A DNA stretch of 64,000 nucleotides from an uncultured Thermotogaceae bacterium. Its GTDB lineage: Bacteria > Thermotogota > Thermotogae > MWEM01. The notes under the pieces are model-generated. The model was not told the origin of the DNA. It searched no databases and saw nothing but the letters and a program-made list of their open reading frames with translations. Location: the NCBI GenBank assembly GCA_964580185.1, contig CAZOJQ010000006.1, positions 10,240 through 74,239 of the forward strand, in the 5' to 3' direction. Every line of letters starts with the position of its first letter. Positions within the stretch are counted from its first letter, which is position 1. The position numbers were made by a program, and so were the translations under genes. Positions 46,480-56,364 of this stretch are shown in pieces.

Positions 46480-47468
46480 TCTTGAAAGTCGAGCATGCTC
46501 GGAAATACTTCCCGATACGAAAAGGAGTCTTTCTGCAAGTAGCGGGTTATGTGAAAGCCTTAGAAGAGGCGAGTTTCGAGATCACTGAAGGAGAGACGGT
46601 CGGGATTGTGGGCGAATCGGGTTGCGGCAAAACGACATTGGGGCGTGTGATTGTGCGCATCTATGAACCCACTTCAGGAAGGATCCAATACACCGATAGA
46701 AACGGAGCTGTGCACACCATCGAAAAACGAACCGCTCGTACTGTCATGAAACGCTTCCGGCGAGACGTGCAGATGGTTTTCCAAGACCCATACAATTCTC
46801 TGGATCCCAGAATGACGATTGGGGATATCCTGAAGGAACCGTTGGATGTTCATTTTCCCAATCTTTCCGAAAAGGCGAAAACCCAAAAGGTAGGAGATTT
46901 GCTGCTCCGGGTCGGGCTCTATCCTGAATACATGAATCGATATCCCCATGAGTTCTCAGGCGGGCAAAGGCAGAGAATATCGATTGCCCGATCGATTGCC
47001 AGCGAACCCCGTCTTGTGATCTGCGACGAGCCCACATCCGCCCTCGATGTCTCAGTGCAAAGCCAGATCGTCAATCTACTAAAAGACATCCAGCAGCAAC
47101 AGCACAACGCTTTCCTTTTCATCTCCCACAATCTGGACCTGATCCATCACCTGAGTGATCGCATCTTGGTCATGTATTTGGGGAATGTGGTGGAAGAAGG
47201 GAACGCCACAAAGGTCTTCGATCATCCCCAGCATCCCTACACCCAAATGCTCATGGGCGCCATTCCGGATTGGGATCCGGAAAACCGCAAATTACCGGAT
47301 TTCAAACTCCAAGGAGAACCACCCAGTCCGATCAACCCGCCCAAAGGCTGCCCCTTTCACACACGATGCCCCCATGTCATGGAAATTTGCTCTCGGGAAA
47401 AACCTCGTATGATTGCCTGTGGAGATCAGCACCAAACGGCCTGTCATCTCTTGTCTACCCATCGATAA
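46476..47468 (+). CDS. ABC ATP-binding protein, OppF/DppF-type
   Basis: Walker A GESGCGKTTL, signature FSGGQRQRISIARSIA, and a C-terminal extension. ATGA overlap. Confidence 0.9.
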   Translation: MILKVEHARKYFPIRKGVFLQVAGYVKALEEASFEITEGETVGIVGESGCGKTTLGRVIVRIYEPTSGRIQYTDRNGAVHTIEKRTARTVMKRFRRDVQMVFQDPYNSLDPRMTIGDILKEPLDVHFPNLSEKAKTQKVGDLLLRVGLYPEYMNRYPHEFSGGQRQRISIARSIASEPRLVICDEPTSALDVSVQSQIVNLLKDIQQQQHNAFLFISHNLDLIHHLSDRILVMYLGNVVEEGNATKVFDHPQHPYTQMLMGAIPDWDPENRKLPDFKLQGEPPSPINPPKGCPFHTRCPHVMEICSREKPRMIACGDQHQTACHLLSTHR

Positions 47469-47506
47469 ACCCACAGGATTCTTGTCGAATCCCCCAATCA
47501 AACACA

Positions 47507-47536
47507 AAAGACGGGCATTGGCCCGTCTTTGGATTT
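47507..47536. terminator. Hairpin terminator between the convergent oppF-like and comFB-like genes
   Basis: AAAGACGGGC-attg-GCCCGTCTTT 10-bp stem. The U-tract is better on the minus strand (ttttgtgttt), so it probably terminates both. Confidence 0.5.
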
Positions 47537-47566
47537 CTTGCGCGCTTCGATTCGATGGACGAATCT

Positions 47567-47932
47567 TTATCGGTTTCCGGTCAATCCTTTCAGGTGTTTG
47601 ATTTCTTCAACATTGTCAGGGGAAAGCTGTATGGGTTTTCCGGCTTTGTGGGAAGGATTGGTACTAACCAGCTCCATAGCTTTAAGAACCTCATGGAGAA
47701 CATCTACGCGCATCTGATTCCGAAATATAGCCAATTTGGCAAAAAGCTCGCCCCGTTCGGTTACGGTATATTTGGAAGGAAGAGCATTAAGGGCAATTGC
47801 CTGGATATCTAGCAGGCATCGGTCGCATCGGCAAACTTTCAATGTTTCAACCTTCAGCAGGTCTTCCAACACCTCGCGCACCAAGACCTCCATGAAATTC
47901 TCAAACCGAATCCGCGTGTCTTTCTCGTTCAT
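47567..47932 (-). CDS. ComFB-family protein (late-competence ComFB-like, four-Cys)
   Basis: CRCDRC...ALNALPSKYTVTERGELFAKLAIF...VDVLHEVLKAMELVSTNPSH matches the ComFB family pattern as I recall it. Confidence 0.55.
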   Translation of the reverse strand: MNEKDTRIRFENFMEVLVREVLEDLLKVETLKVCRCDRCLLDIQAIALNALPSKYTVTERGELFAKLAIFRNQMRVDVLHEVLKAMELVSTNPSHKAGKPIQLSPDNVEEIKHLKGLTGNR

Positions 47933-48084
47933 CCACGCCCCCTTTTCTTGCTAACGATTCTCGAGCGTCAATTCCCCACAGATGGCAAATGCCCAAAGCC
48001 TTTGTAAGACAATCATATCATATCGCAGCAAAAAAATCAATGCTTTTGTGCTTCAATGGTACGATCGGTCGATCCTTCGCCCCC

Positions 48085-48130
48085 AAAAAAGCGAACGAGA
48101 TCTTCCATCACGCGATCGGGTTCGCTTTTT
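48085..48130 (-). terminator. Putative intrinsic terminator downstream of the TrkA-family genes
   Basis: On the minus strand: AAGCGAAC-(23-nt loop)-GTTCGCTT followed by TTTTTT. Weak 8-bp stem with a large loop. Confidence 0.3.
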
Positions 48131-48210
48131 CCGAAGGTTGAGCAGAGTTCGGTACTGGACCTCCAAAACCGTACGATACCCCATAATCCCTCAACATCGC
48201 AATCCCTTGA

Positions 48211-48873
48211 TCATTCTCCGCCGGTTAAAACCCGTATAGTGGTTGTTTGAACAACTGGGAGGCAGATGACCAAGATTCGATCATGGACCATAATCTCCAT
48301 GTCCCCGTGGGGTATGAGGATTTGCTGGTCCCGAGTGATGGTTCCAATCAAGGAGCCTTTGGGGAGTCCAATCTCTTTGATCTTCTGCCCAACAACGGGA
48401 TAATCCGGATGGATCTCCATCTGAAGGATAAAGGCTTTCCCTTCTTCAAAAGTCATAAGATTGGTGATTTGATGAGACGAGATCCGTTGTTCGATCAACC
48501 CAGAAAGACTTTCGGTGATATTGAGGATATTGTCGACATCCAGCTTTTGAAAGACATCCACGTTTTCCGGGTCATTCACGAGCGTAAAGACCTGGTCGAT
48601 CTGAAGAACCTCTTTGCACAGCTGAGCAATAATCAAATTATCCTGGTCTCGGGGTGTCAGAGCGACCACAATATCTTCTCGGAATATTTCCGCCCGTTTC
48701 AGGATCTCTAACCGGCTTCCGTCCCCATGAATTATGTGAGCCCGCAGATTCTGGGTCAAAAAATCACAGTAGCTGCGTTCCTGGTTGATGATGATGAGAT
48801 GAAAGCCTTTGGCAATCATGGAATGCGCCAAATAATAGGTGATCCGTTTTCCACCAATCAGAACGACCTTCAT
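48211..48873 (-). CDS. TrkA/KtrA-family K+ transport regulatory protein (TrkA_N plus TrkA_C)
   Basis: Rossmann KVVLIGGKRI...GDGS and a C-terminal RCK_C region (PDYPVVGQKIKEIGLPKGSLIGTITRD). Confidence 0.8.
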   Translation of the reverse strand: MKVVLIGGKRITYYLAHSMIAKGFHLIIINQERSYCDFLTQNLRAHIIHGDGSRLEILKRAEIFREDIVVALTPRDQDNLIIAQLCKEVLQIDQVFTLVNDPENVDVFQKLDVDNILNITESLSGLIEQRISSHQITNLMTFEEGKAFILQMEIHPDYPVVGQKIKEIGLPKGSLIGTITRDQQILIPHGDMEIMVHDRILVICLPVVQTTTIRVLTGGE

Positions 48874-49298
48874 CCGGACTCCTCCATATACCGCCGGATG
48901 ACTTTGTTCAAGGCTCCGGTTGCCAACAAGACCGGCGTCAACGTTTTGATCTTGAATTCATGAAATAGCGCAAGATTACCCGCATCGTACACTCGAGAGA
49001 TCACTCGGGGAATATGATACACCCGTTGAGCGATTTGCGCGACCATGAAGTTGGTGTTATCGTCGTTGGTAAAGGCCAAAACCATGTTCGCTTGATGAAT
49101 TTTGGCTTCTCGAAGAAACTCGATCGCTGCTACATCTCCATGAATGGTGAATCCGGTAAACTCGATAGGAAGGGCTTCAAAAGCCGATTCGTTCTGATCA
49201 ATCACCACAACACTGTGTCCCATGTTGGACAACATCCCCGCAACATTGGCCCCCAATCGTCCGCATCCTGCGATGATCACATACCAACTGGATTTCAC
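48870..49298 (-). CDS. TrkA_N (RCK N-terminal, NAD-binding) domain protein
   Basis: VIIAGCGRLGANVAGML...GHSVVVID...GDVA Rossmann motifs. 142 aa with no RCK_C domain. ATGA overlap with the downstream trkA-like gene. Confidence 0.75.
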   Translation of the reverse strand: MKSSWYVIIAGCGRLGANVAGMLSNMGHSVVVIDQNESAFEALPIEFTGFTIHGDVAAIEFLREAKIHQANMVLAFTNDDNTNFMVAQIAQRVYHIPRVISRVYDAGNLALFHEFKIKTLTPVLLATGALNKVIRRYMEESG

Positions 49299-49924
49299 GA
49301 TCGATCTCCCTCGATTCTTTTCCGGATCTCCATGAGCTTTCGCGTGGCAGGATCATACCCTGGTTCCAGCGCGAGCGCTGCTTGCATATGCCGAAGGGCC
49401 CCGGAAAGATCTCCTTGGGTCTCTTGAATCAAACCAAGCAAATAATGGGGAATCGGAGAGGAGGGGTATTCGGAAAAAAGCGGTTTCAAGTAGTTCGTCG
49501 CTTCAAAAAAAGCCCTCTGTTCGATCAATCCTCGAATGTATTGGTTCATCTCTTTGAGCTGGACCTTCTGTCGAAGGATTCGTTGGACGGCCCGTTTGAT
49601 CTCTTCAGACGAGAACGGTTTGGTAATAAAGTCCACCACGCCGAGTTGGAACGCTTCGATGACCGCTTCAACGGTGGCATAAGCCGTAACTACAATCGTG
49701 GGCAGATGGATATTTTCTTCGTGAATCGCGCGGATCAATCCCATTCCATCCAAACCGGGCATCCGAAGGTCGGTGAACAACCCGTCATAGGATTCCTGGA
49801 AAAGCTGCCGGAGGGCTTCTTCTCCATTCGCTACAACAACCGCTTCATATCCGAGCATCTCAATATAAGTTTTAATAAGGCTTCGAACGCGTTGCTCATC
49901 GTCCGCCACCAAAAAACGCGCCAT
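49295..49924 (-). CDS. Response regulator with CheY-like REC domain and C-terminal TPR-like helical region
   Basis: FLVADDEQRVRSL...D(54)...TAYATVEAVIEAFQLGVVDFITKP REC domain; the C-terminal 70 aa are TPR-like (LLGLIQETQGDLSGALRHMQAALALEP). Confidence 0.8.
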   Translation of the reverse strand: MARFLVADDEQRVRSLIKTYIEMLGYEAVVVANGEEALRQLFQESYDGLFTDLRMPGLDGMGLIRAIHEENIHLPTIVVTAYATVEAVIEAFQLGVVDFITKPFSSEEIKRAVQRILRQKVQLKEMNQYIRGLIEQRAFFEATNYLKPLFSEYPSSPIPHYLLGLIQETQGDLSGALRHMQAALALEPGYDPATRKLMEIRKRIEGDRS

Positions 49925-49940
49925 CTGATTCCCTGCTCTT

Positions 49941-51239
49941 TCAGGGTTGGATCCGGTACAAAGTGCGGGCGAACGGGATTGCTTCCCGAATGTGTTTCAA
50001 ACCACAAATCCAGGCAACCGTACGCTCCACCCCCAGACCATACCCGCTATGCGGAACCGTTCCATACTTCCGGATATCCAGATACCACTGATACGACTCC
50101 AAAGGCAATTGGTGCTTTCGGATCATCTCCACCATCAGATCATGGTCGTGAATCCGTTGCGAAGCCCCAATGATCTCTCCGTACCCTTCCGGCGCCAGCA
50201 TATCGTTACAGAGCACCACTTCAGGCCTCTGTTCATCCGGTTGCATATAAAAAGCCTTAATGGACCCAGGATAGTTGAAGACCATCACCGGTCGATCGAA
50301 CTCATCGGAAATCGCAGTTTCTTCATCGCCTCCAAAGTCCATCCCCCATTGGATATCAAATCCCTTTTTTTGCAGGAGCTTAATGGCCTCATCGTAAGAT
50401 ATCCGGCCAAAGGGAGGACAAACATTCTGCAATTTCGATGCATCTCGCTCGATCGCGTGTAGTTCATTTCCGCACCGCTCGAGTACCTTTAACACGACAA
50501 AACTGACTAGTTCTTCTTGGAGGCGCATATTATCATGGGTATCATAATAAGCGACCTCTGCTTCATTCATCCAAAACTCGGTCAAATGCCGCCGAGTTTT
50601 GGATTTTTCGGCTCGAAAGGTTGGGCCCAAATTATAGACCTTGCCCAACGACATACACGCTGCTTCCAGATACAATTGCCCCGTCTGTGTAAGGTAGGCC
50701 TTTCCATAATCAAAGTAGTCCAATTCAAAGAGACCGGATGCGCCCTCCCCGATTGATCCGGTAAAAATCGGGGTATCGACGAGAATAAACCCTCGATCGT
50801 TGTAGAACTCGCGAATGGCTTTGATGATCTCATGCCGGATGCGGAGGATGTGAAACTGTTTGGACGAACGAACCCACAAATGCCGGTAATCCATCAGAAA
50901 GTCGATACCATGTTCTTTCTTTCCGATCGGATAGTCCTCCTGTGGGTTGTGAACGATCTGAAGATCGTGAACATCCATTTCGACGCCGGTCGGAGAACGT
51001 TCATCCGCGCGGATTGTTCCGTGAAGAATCAAGCTACTTTCGATACGAAGCCGTTTTGCCTCTTCAAACAAATCGTCTCCAACGACGGCTTTTTCCATGA
51101 TCCCTTGAACGACACCCGTTCCATCACGGATCTGCAAAAAATGAATCTTTCCACTGGACCGTCGATTGTACATCCATCCGCGTACTTCCACTTCTGTCCC
51201 GATGTGTTGGTCAAAATCCGCGATTGGAAGCCATTGCAT
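49941..51239 (-). CDS. asnS: Asparagine--tRNA ligase (short, archaeal/Thermus-type class IIb)
   Basis: Class II motif 2 FRAEKSKTRRHLTEFWMNEAEVAYY and motif 3 GYGLGVERTVAWICGLKHIREAIPFAR. FRAE fits AsnRS better than archaeal-type AspRS. Confidence 0.75.
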   Translation of the reverse strand: MQWLPIADFDQHIGTEVEVRGWMYNRRSSGKIHFLQIRDGTGVVQGIMEKAVVGDDLFEEAKRLRIESSLILHGTIRADERSPTGVEMDVHDLQIVHNPQEDYPIGKKEHGIDFLMDYRHLWVRSSKQFHILRIRHEIIKAIREFYNDRGFILVDTPIFTGSIGEGASGLFELDYFDYGKAYLTQTGQLYLEAACMSLGKVYNLGPTFRAEKSKTRRHLTEFWMNEAEVAYYDTHDNMRLQEELVSFVVLKVLERCGNELHAIERDASKLQNVCPPFGRISYDEAIKLLQKKGFDIQWGMDFGGDEETAISDEFDRPVMVFNYPGSIKAFYMQPDEQRPEVVLCNDMLAPEGYGEIIGASQRIHDHDLMVEMIRKHQLPLESYQWYLDIRKYGTVPHSGYGLGVERTVAWICGLKHIREAIPFARTLYRIQP

Positions 51240-51295
51240 GCAAACACCTCCTCAGAAACCGTTCCCATGCGGTATTATACCACGTTCTGATCCAT

Positions 51296-53032
51296 TCACG
51301 AAGGCTTCCGATGATATGTAATGGGTATTCTGCGATCCTTTCCGAATCCTTTGGCAGTCAGTTTGGGCCCAATGGGGGATTGGCGCCTTTTGTATTCGCT
51401 TCCTTCGATCATGCCAATCACATCCCGCACCGTTGCCGGATCGAACCCCGCCGCAATGATTTCCTCCTCATCCCTGTCTTCTTCGACTGCCAACCGTAGG
51501 ATCGGATCCAGTATCTCATAGGCAGGAAGGCGGTCCTGATCCGTTTGATCAGCCCTAAGCTCAGCTGATGGAGGTTTTACAAAAATCCGCTCTGGAATGG
51601 GCGCTCCGTGATGATCGTTAATCCATCGCGCCACTCGATAAATCATTGTTTTGTACAGGTCTTTGATCGGGGCGAATCCTCCCGCGCTATCGCCATACAG
51701 CGTCGAATATCCCGTTGCTATCTCGCTCTTGTTTCCCGTCGTTACCACCAACCATCCAAACCGATTGGATAGCGCCATTAGATCGTTCCCTCGGATGCGC
51801 GCTTGTAGGTTTTCTTCCGTCAACCCAAAGGGGGCATCCCCAAAGGCCCCCTGGAGTTGAGTCTGATATGACCGGAAGACTTCATGGATGGGAATCCGAA
51901 TCAACTGAATCCCCAAATTGTTGGCCAACTGCACTGCGTCTTCGCTGCTCTCGGGCCGTGTAAACTCAGAAGGCATCAACACACCGACAACATGATCCGA
52001 CCCCAATGCAAAAGCTCCGATCGTTGCTACGAAGGCAGAATCCATGCCCCCACTAAGTCCCAGGACGATCGTTTGAAACCCGTTTTTCCGTAGATAATCT
52101 CTCAAAGCCAATTGCAGCCCTCGAAAGATCTCTTCCTCTAGACCGATTTCGTTTCTGCTAGCAATATTGGGTTCCGAAAGGGGTTTCTTCAACTCGAGGG
52201 TGGGGGTGAGTACTCGAATCTCTTCGATTGGAAGAGGGGAAGAGGATACATACCGTCTTCGCGGGTCTTGGATGTTGAGTCGAATGACCGATTGGATGTC
52301 TACATCGCTAATCACGAAATCTTCTTCAAATGAGCGCGCATGACAGGCCAACCGACCATATCCGTCAATCATGAAACTGGAGCCATCAAATAGGATCTCA
52401 TCCTGCCCTCCTACAGCATTGGCATACGCAATCGCAATCCGGTAGTCTGTAGCCCTCGTGCGAAGCATCTCTTCTCTCTTTTGAATCTTTCCGATTTCAT
52501 ACGGAGACGCAGAGAGGTTCAGAATCACATTGGCTCCAGCAGCCACATAGGCAGCTACCGGATCCCCCGGGGTCCAGATATCCTCGCATATCGTGATTCC
52601 GGCTTTGATCCCATTGATATTCAGCATGAACAGTCGATCGCCACGATTGAAATACCGGGCTTCATCGAAAACTCCATAATTCGGAAGGCGCATTTTTCGA
52701 TAGACTCCCAGAAGATTGCCTTCCTGAACGATGAAGGCGCTGTTATACAGATCATTCGTGATATCGACCCCACCAAAAACCACTATGCACTTTTTCCCGG
52801 CTGTTCCTTCCACAAAGGCCTTTACCGATCGTTTGTTTTCTTTCAAGAACGAAGGACGCATCAAGAGATCTTCCGGGGGGTACCCGCAAATGGTTAGCTC
52901 CGGAAAGAGCAAGACATCTGCATGGGCTTCTTCTGCCCGATGCAACCCTTCTTCCATGATGATCCGATTGTTGGGGAAATCGCCCAAAACCATATTCATC
53001 TGCTGAATCGCAATCCGCAATGTTGAAAGCAC
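51296..53032 (-). CDS. nadE: Glutamine-dependent NAD+ synthetase (CN-hydrolase plus NAD synthetase domains)
   Basis: N-terminal nitrilase-superfamily domain (catalytic EDIWTP, C around ICEDIW) and a PP-loop (LGLSGGMDSAFVATIG). GTG start after GGAAGGGAGAG. Confidence 0.9.
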   Translation of the reverse strand: MLSTLRIAIQQMNMVLGDFPNNRIIMEEGLHRAEEAHADVLLFPELTICGYPPEDLLMRPSFLKENKRSVKAFVEGTAGKKCIVVFGGVDITNDLYNSAFIVQEGNLLGVYRKMRLPNYGVFDEARYFNRGDRLFMLNINGIKAGITICEDIWTPGDPVAAYVAAGANVILNLSASPYEIGKIQKREEMLRTRATDYRIAIAYANAVGGQDEILFDGSSFMIDGYGRLACHARSFEEDFVISDVDIQSVIRLNIQDPRRRYVSSSPLPIEEIRVLTPTLELKKPLSEPNIASRNEIGLEEEIFRGLQLALRDYLRKNGFQTIVLGLSGGMDSAFVATIGAFALGSDHVVGVLMPSEFTRPESSEDAVQLANNLGIQLIRIPIHEVFRSYQTQLQGAFGDAPFGLTEENLQARIRGNDLMALSNRFGWLVVTTGNKSEIATGYSTLYGDSAGGFAPIKDLYKTMIYRVARWINDHHGAPIPERIFVKPPSAELRADQTDQDRLPAYEILDPILRLAVEEDRDEEEIIAAGFDPATVRDVIGMIEGSEYKRRQSPIGPKLTAKGFGKDRRIPITYHRKPS

Positions 53033-53064
53033 AGGATCTCTCCCTTCCTATTCGTTGGAAATGC

Positions 53065-55149
53065 TTATCCGATCAAGCGAAAAAAGATACTCAGGATTTT
53101 GGAATCAAACTGCGCATCCGAACCTTTGCTCATCTCTGCAAGAACTGCGTTCCGATCCATTCCGGCCCGATACGCCCGGTCGGAAGTCATCGCGTCATAC
53201 GCATCGGCAACAGCAATAATTTTGGATGAGATCGGAATCTGCTCTCCAGTAAGGCCCATCGGATACCCTTTGCCATCCACTCGTTCATGATGAAAGCGGA
53301 CAATATGGGCAATCTCCTTTAAACCTTCCGATTGGTTCAAGATTTCAAAGCCAAAGGTTGGATGAAGTTTGATCTTCTCATACTCCTCGGGGGAAAGGCG
53401 CTCGGGTTTGTTTAAGATCTCTGAGGCTATGAGAATCTTACCCACATCGTGGACCAACCCAGCCCAGTAAATCTGCGCCACTTGCTCCTGCGAAAACCCG
53501 ATTTCGGTTGCAATCATCGCTGAAAGAGAAGCAACCTTTTCAGAATGCCCTTTTGTATACGGATCATGGGCTTCAAGAAAACGAATCCATGAGGTGATAA
53601 TCTCTGTCTGGAACCGCGACTGCATTTTCACATACCGACGAGAAGCGATGAAAGTCGCCGCCAAATTGGAAAAAGCGCGCATAATCCGGATTGACTCTTC
53701 GGAAAAGCGAAATCCCGAATCTGCCGGTGTATCGATGAAGAGTACGCCAAACACCTCTTCTCGAAACTGCAAAGTAGCGCTAAGCGTTTCTCCGGCCAGT
53801 AAGGTAGCGTCGTCAAACTGGTGGAGAACATCCTCCGAGACCTTCCACCCCTTTTTGGCCTGTTTGGGGGTCACAATCACTTCCGCCCCCGGGGGAAAGG
53901 TGTGTACAGGCAATCGGATCTTCTTGAGTTTGCTGATATCATGGCCGATGGCGGCTTCAAACCGCCAATTATCCCCATCCATCAAGGCAATAGCGCCGTA
54001 TTTTCCTTGAGGAATGAGCCGGATAACAGTTTGGAGCAAATCGAGAAAGAACCTGCTTTCCTCCACCTCCATAACCGTCAACCGAGAGGATATCTGAATC
54101 ATATATTCCAAGGCTTCCGCCATTTCGTCCAACTGCTGATAGGTTTCTTCGAGGGTTTCGTTGGTAGCCGATAACTCCTCATTGGAGGTGCTTAAAGCGT
54201 CATTGGCCTGCCTAAGTTGCTCATTCAGCTCCGTGAGATGGTTCTTCTGCATCTCGATTCGAGAAAGAGCTCCACGAAGGTCTCGGGTTTTCCGTTTCAC
54301 CTGAATTCGCAAAAACCACAGCCCAAAGAGAATTATGGCCATAACACTACCAACAATGATAAACAACTGGATCAACCATTGGGGGATCACTTCCCGATCC
54401 GCGGCAGGCGCGAGCAGATAATGACTGATCACCCGATGATACTCGGAATCTCGATCGAGTTTGAATGCCCTGAGATGATCCTCAATAGCCGGGATTAATC
54501 GCTCATTCAGCAATCCATCCTTCGGAAAGGCAAACCGAAGCTCAACAGGCCGAAAGGCGAGAGTGGAAAGGAGAAGAGGAAAATTATACCGGTGTTTTGA
54601 AGCGAAAATATGGCTGACCACACCAGCATCCGCCTGTCCTGCGGCAACCATCTCCATAACTTGAAGATAGTCACCTGGAATATCGACAAAAAGCATCGAT
54701 ACGCCGAATTGATCCGCTAGGATCCGAAGCTCTCGAGCATACGTATCTCCAATCACAACGGCTACAACCCGATCTTCCAGATCGAAAAACGATTGGATTT
54801 CTATGTCATTGCGGGAGAATACAACTCCCCAATTCGAGATCACGGTCTCTTTTGCAAAATCTATGATTTCCGAGCGCTCTTGGGAGAAAGCAACCGCTCC
54901 AAGGATGTCCAACGATTGCCCTTGAAGAAAGACCATACAATCCCCAAAAGTACACAAGTGGAAATCCAACACCCACCCTTCTTTCCGGGCGATTTCCTCC
55001 AGAATTTCCGGAAAGATTCCTCTGGGCATTCCTTCTTGATCGACGAACGATAAAGGATCATTCTCGTAAATCCCTACACGGAGACTCTGCGGAAAAAGCA
55101 TGCTGCTGCATACACATAGGATGATGATCCATACCCTGACTTTGCTCAT
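53065..55149 (-). CDS. HD-GYP c-di-GMP phosphodiesterase with periplasmic solute-binding (SBP_bac_3-like) sensor, TM, coiled coil and GAF-like region
   Basis: ATG 55149 after AAGGAGGG. Signal peptide MSKVRVWIIILCVCSSMLF. HD-GYP motifs HDPYTKGH...HDVGKI...HHERVDGKGYP. Confidence 0.85.
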   Translation of the reverse strand: MSKVRVWIIILCVCSSMLFPQSLRVGIYENDPLSFVDQEGMPRGIFPEILEEIARKEGWVLDFHLCTFGDCMVFLQGQSLDILGAVAFSQERSEIIDFAKETVISNWGVVFSRNDIEIQSFFDLEDRVVAVVIGDTYARELRILADQFGVSMLFVDIPGDYLQVMEMVAAGQADAGVVSHIFASKHRYNFPLLLSTLAFRPVELRFAFPKDGLLNERLIPAIEDHLRAFKLDRDSEYHRVISHYLLAPAADREVIPQWLIQLFIIVGSVMAIILFGLWFLRIQVKRKTRDLRGALSRIEMQKNHLTELNEQLRQANDALSTSNEELSATNETLEETYQQLDEMAEALEYMIQISSRLTVMEVEESRFFLDLLQTVIRLIPQGKYGAIALMDGDNWRFEAAIGHDISKLKKIRLPVHTFPPGAEVIVTPKQAKKGWKVSEDVLHQFDDATLLAGETLSATLQFREEVFGVLFIDTPADSGFRFSEESIRIMRAFSNLAATFIASRRYVKMQSRFQTEIITSWIRFLEAHDPYTKGHSEKVASLSAMIATEIGFSQEQVAQIYWAGLVHDVGKILIASEILNKPERLSPEEYEKIKLHPTFGFEILNQSEGLKEIAHIVRFHHERVDGKGYPMGLTGEQIPISSKIIAVADAYDAMTSDRAYRAGMDRNAVLAEMSKGSDAQFDSKILSIFFRLIG

Positions 55150-55394
55150 TCCTCTTCCCTCCTTTTTCCTGGTAAGGAACGTTCTATCGATCATTTCGGA
55201 AGAGATTGCACGGTTCCTTGAGCTCCGCTTGATTCGCAAAACAGAATATGCGATACTTGAATCGCGATCCGTATGCAGATGGACGATTATCTATGAATAT
55301 TGTACCATACGGAGGAATCAGAATGCATCGATCCGCTCCTGAATCGGGGTCGTTACATCATTAGTAAAGAAGGAGATGCATATCGGTTCTGATC

Positions 55395-56126
55395 TTAGGA
55401 ACCGATCATTCGCGCGCTAACATCGGAAAGAGGGGCATGAATCACAAGATCAGCAATCGGATCAAACGGAGTCTCTTCGCGATTGATGATCACAAGCTTT
55501 GCTCCTCTTTCTTTCGCAACCAGAGGAATTTGAGCGGCAGGATATACTTGGAGCGAGCTACCCATGACCAACATCAAATCACACTGATTCCCAAAATTCC
55601 ATGCCGCTTCAAAGGTATCTTGCGGAAGCATCTCTCCAAAGAAGACGATGTTGGGTTTGATGAGCCCCTTGCATTGGTCGCACTGGGCAACTGAATGATC
55701 TGCGAGAATTGCGCGCATGTGGTTCCAAAGGTATTGCTTCCCGCATTCCATGCAGTGACTATATTCAACGCTTCCATGCAACGGGTAAACGGTATGACTC
55801 CCCGCCCGCTGATGGAGCGTGTCGATGTTTTGGGTAATCACGCCCACCGGCCGGGTTTCGGATTCTAACGCACCAATCCAATAATGGGTGATATTGGGTT
55901 TTTTGTCCATAAAAGCAAACAGCTCCTCGCGAGCGTACCGGTAAAAGAGTTCCGGATCTTTACAAAAGTACCCCAGATCAAAAACCTTGGCCGGATCATA
56001 CCGTTCGTACACACCACCCCTTCCGCGAAAATCCGGAATACCGCTGTCCGTGCTCACTCCAGCTCCAGTAAAGACCGCTGTTCGGTCGGACTGAACCATC
56101 CATTCCCGCAACTCTTCTAACCTCAT
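55395..56126 (-). CDS. cobB: NAD-dependent protein deacylase, Sir2 family
   Basis: GAGVSTDSGIPDFRG Rossmann/NAD motif, Zn-ribbon CxxC...CxxC (CMECGKQY...CDQCKG), and HGS catalytic His. Confidence 0.9.
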   Translation of the reverse strand: MRLEELREWMVQSDRTAVFTGAGVSTDSGIPDFRGRGGVYERYDPAKVFDLGYFCKDPELFYRYAREELFAFMDKKPNITHYWIGALESETRPVGVITQNIDTLHQRAGSHTVYPLHGSVEYSHCMECGKQYLWNHMRAILADHSVAQCDQCKGLIKPNIVFFGEMLPQDTFEAAWNFGNQCDLMLVMGSSLQVYPAAQIPLVAKERGAKLVIINREETPFDPIADLVIHAPLSDVSARMIGS

Positions 56127-56329
56127 TTGATCCCCTCGTCCCTTTGAAAAGCTCCTCCTTGATTCGATACAGGAAAATTATACCATAACTCGGACCATGA
56201 CGCGGAATCGGGAGGAATATTCCGAAAACTGAAGATTCCTTTCGATTATAAATCCTCCTGCCTATGGACATACTATATTGCCCGTTCAGGGACGATTATT
56301 CCTTTGCCTGTAGGAGGCGTTCTGCGCGC

Positions 56330-56358
56330 TTGACATTCCAGATCAAGTATGCTATACT
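56330..56358 (+). promoter_or_regulatory. Sigma-70 promoter TTGACA-17-TATACT in the Sir2/sugar-ABC divergent region
   Basis: -35 at 56330..56335 and -10 at 56353..56358 with an exact 17-nt spacer; predicted TSS near 56365. Confidence 0.55.
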
Positions 56359-56364
56359 TTTTCC

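Noticed and set aside
49382-50462. 263-aa and 171-aa plus-strand ORFs spanning the REC-TPR regulator and asnS on the opposite strand
   Set aside because: Antisense to two well-supported genes with class II aaRS and REC motifs; no motifs of their own.
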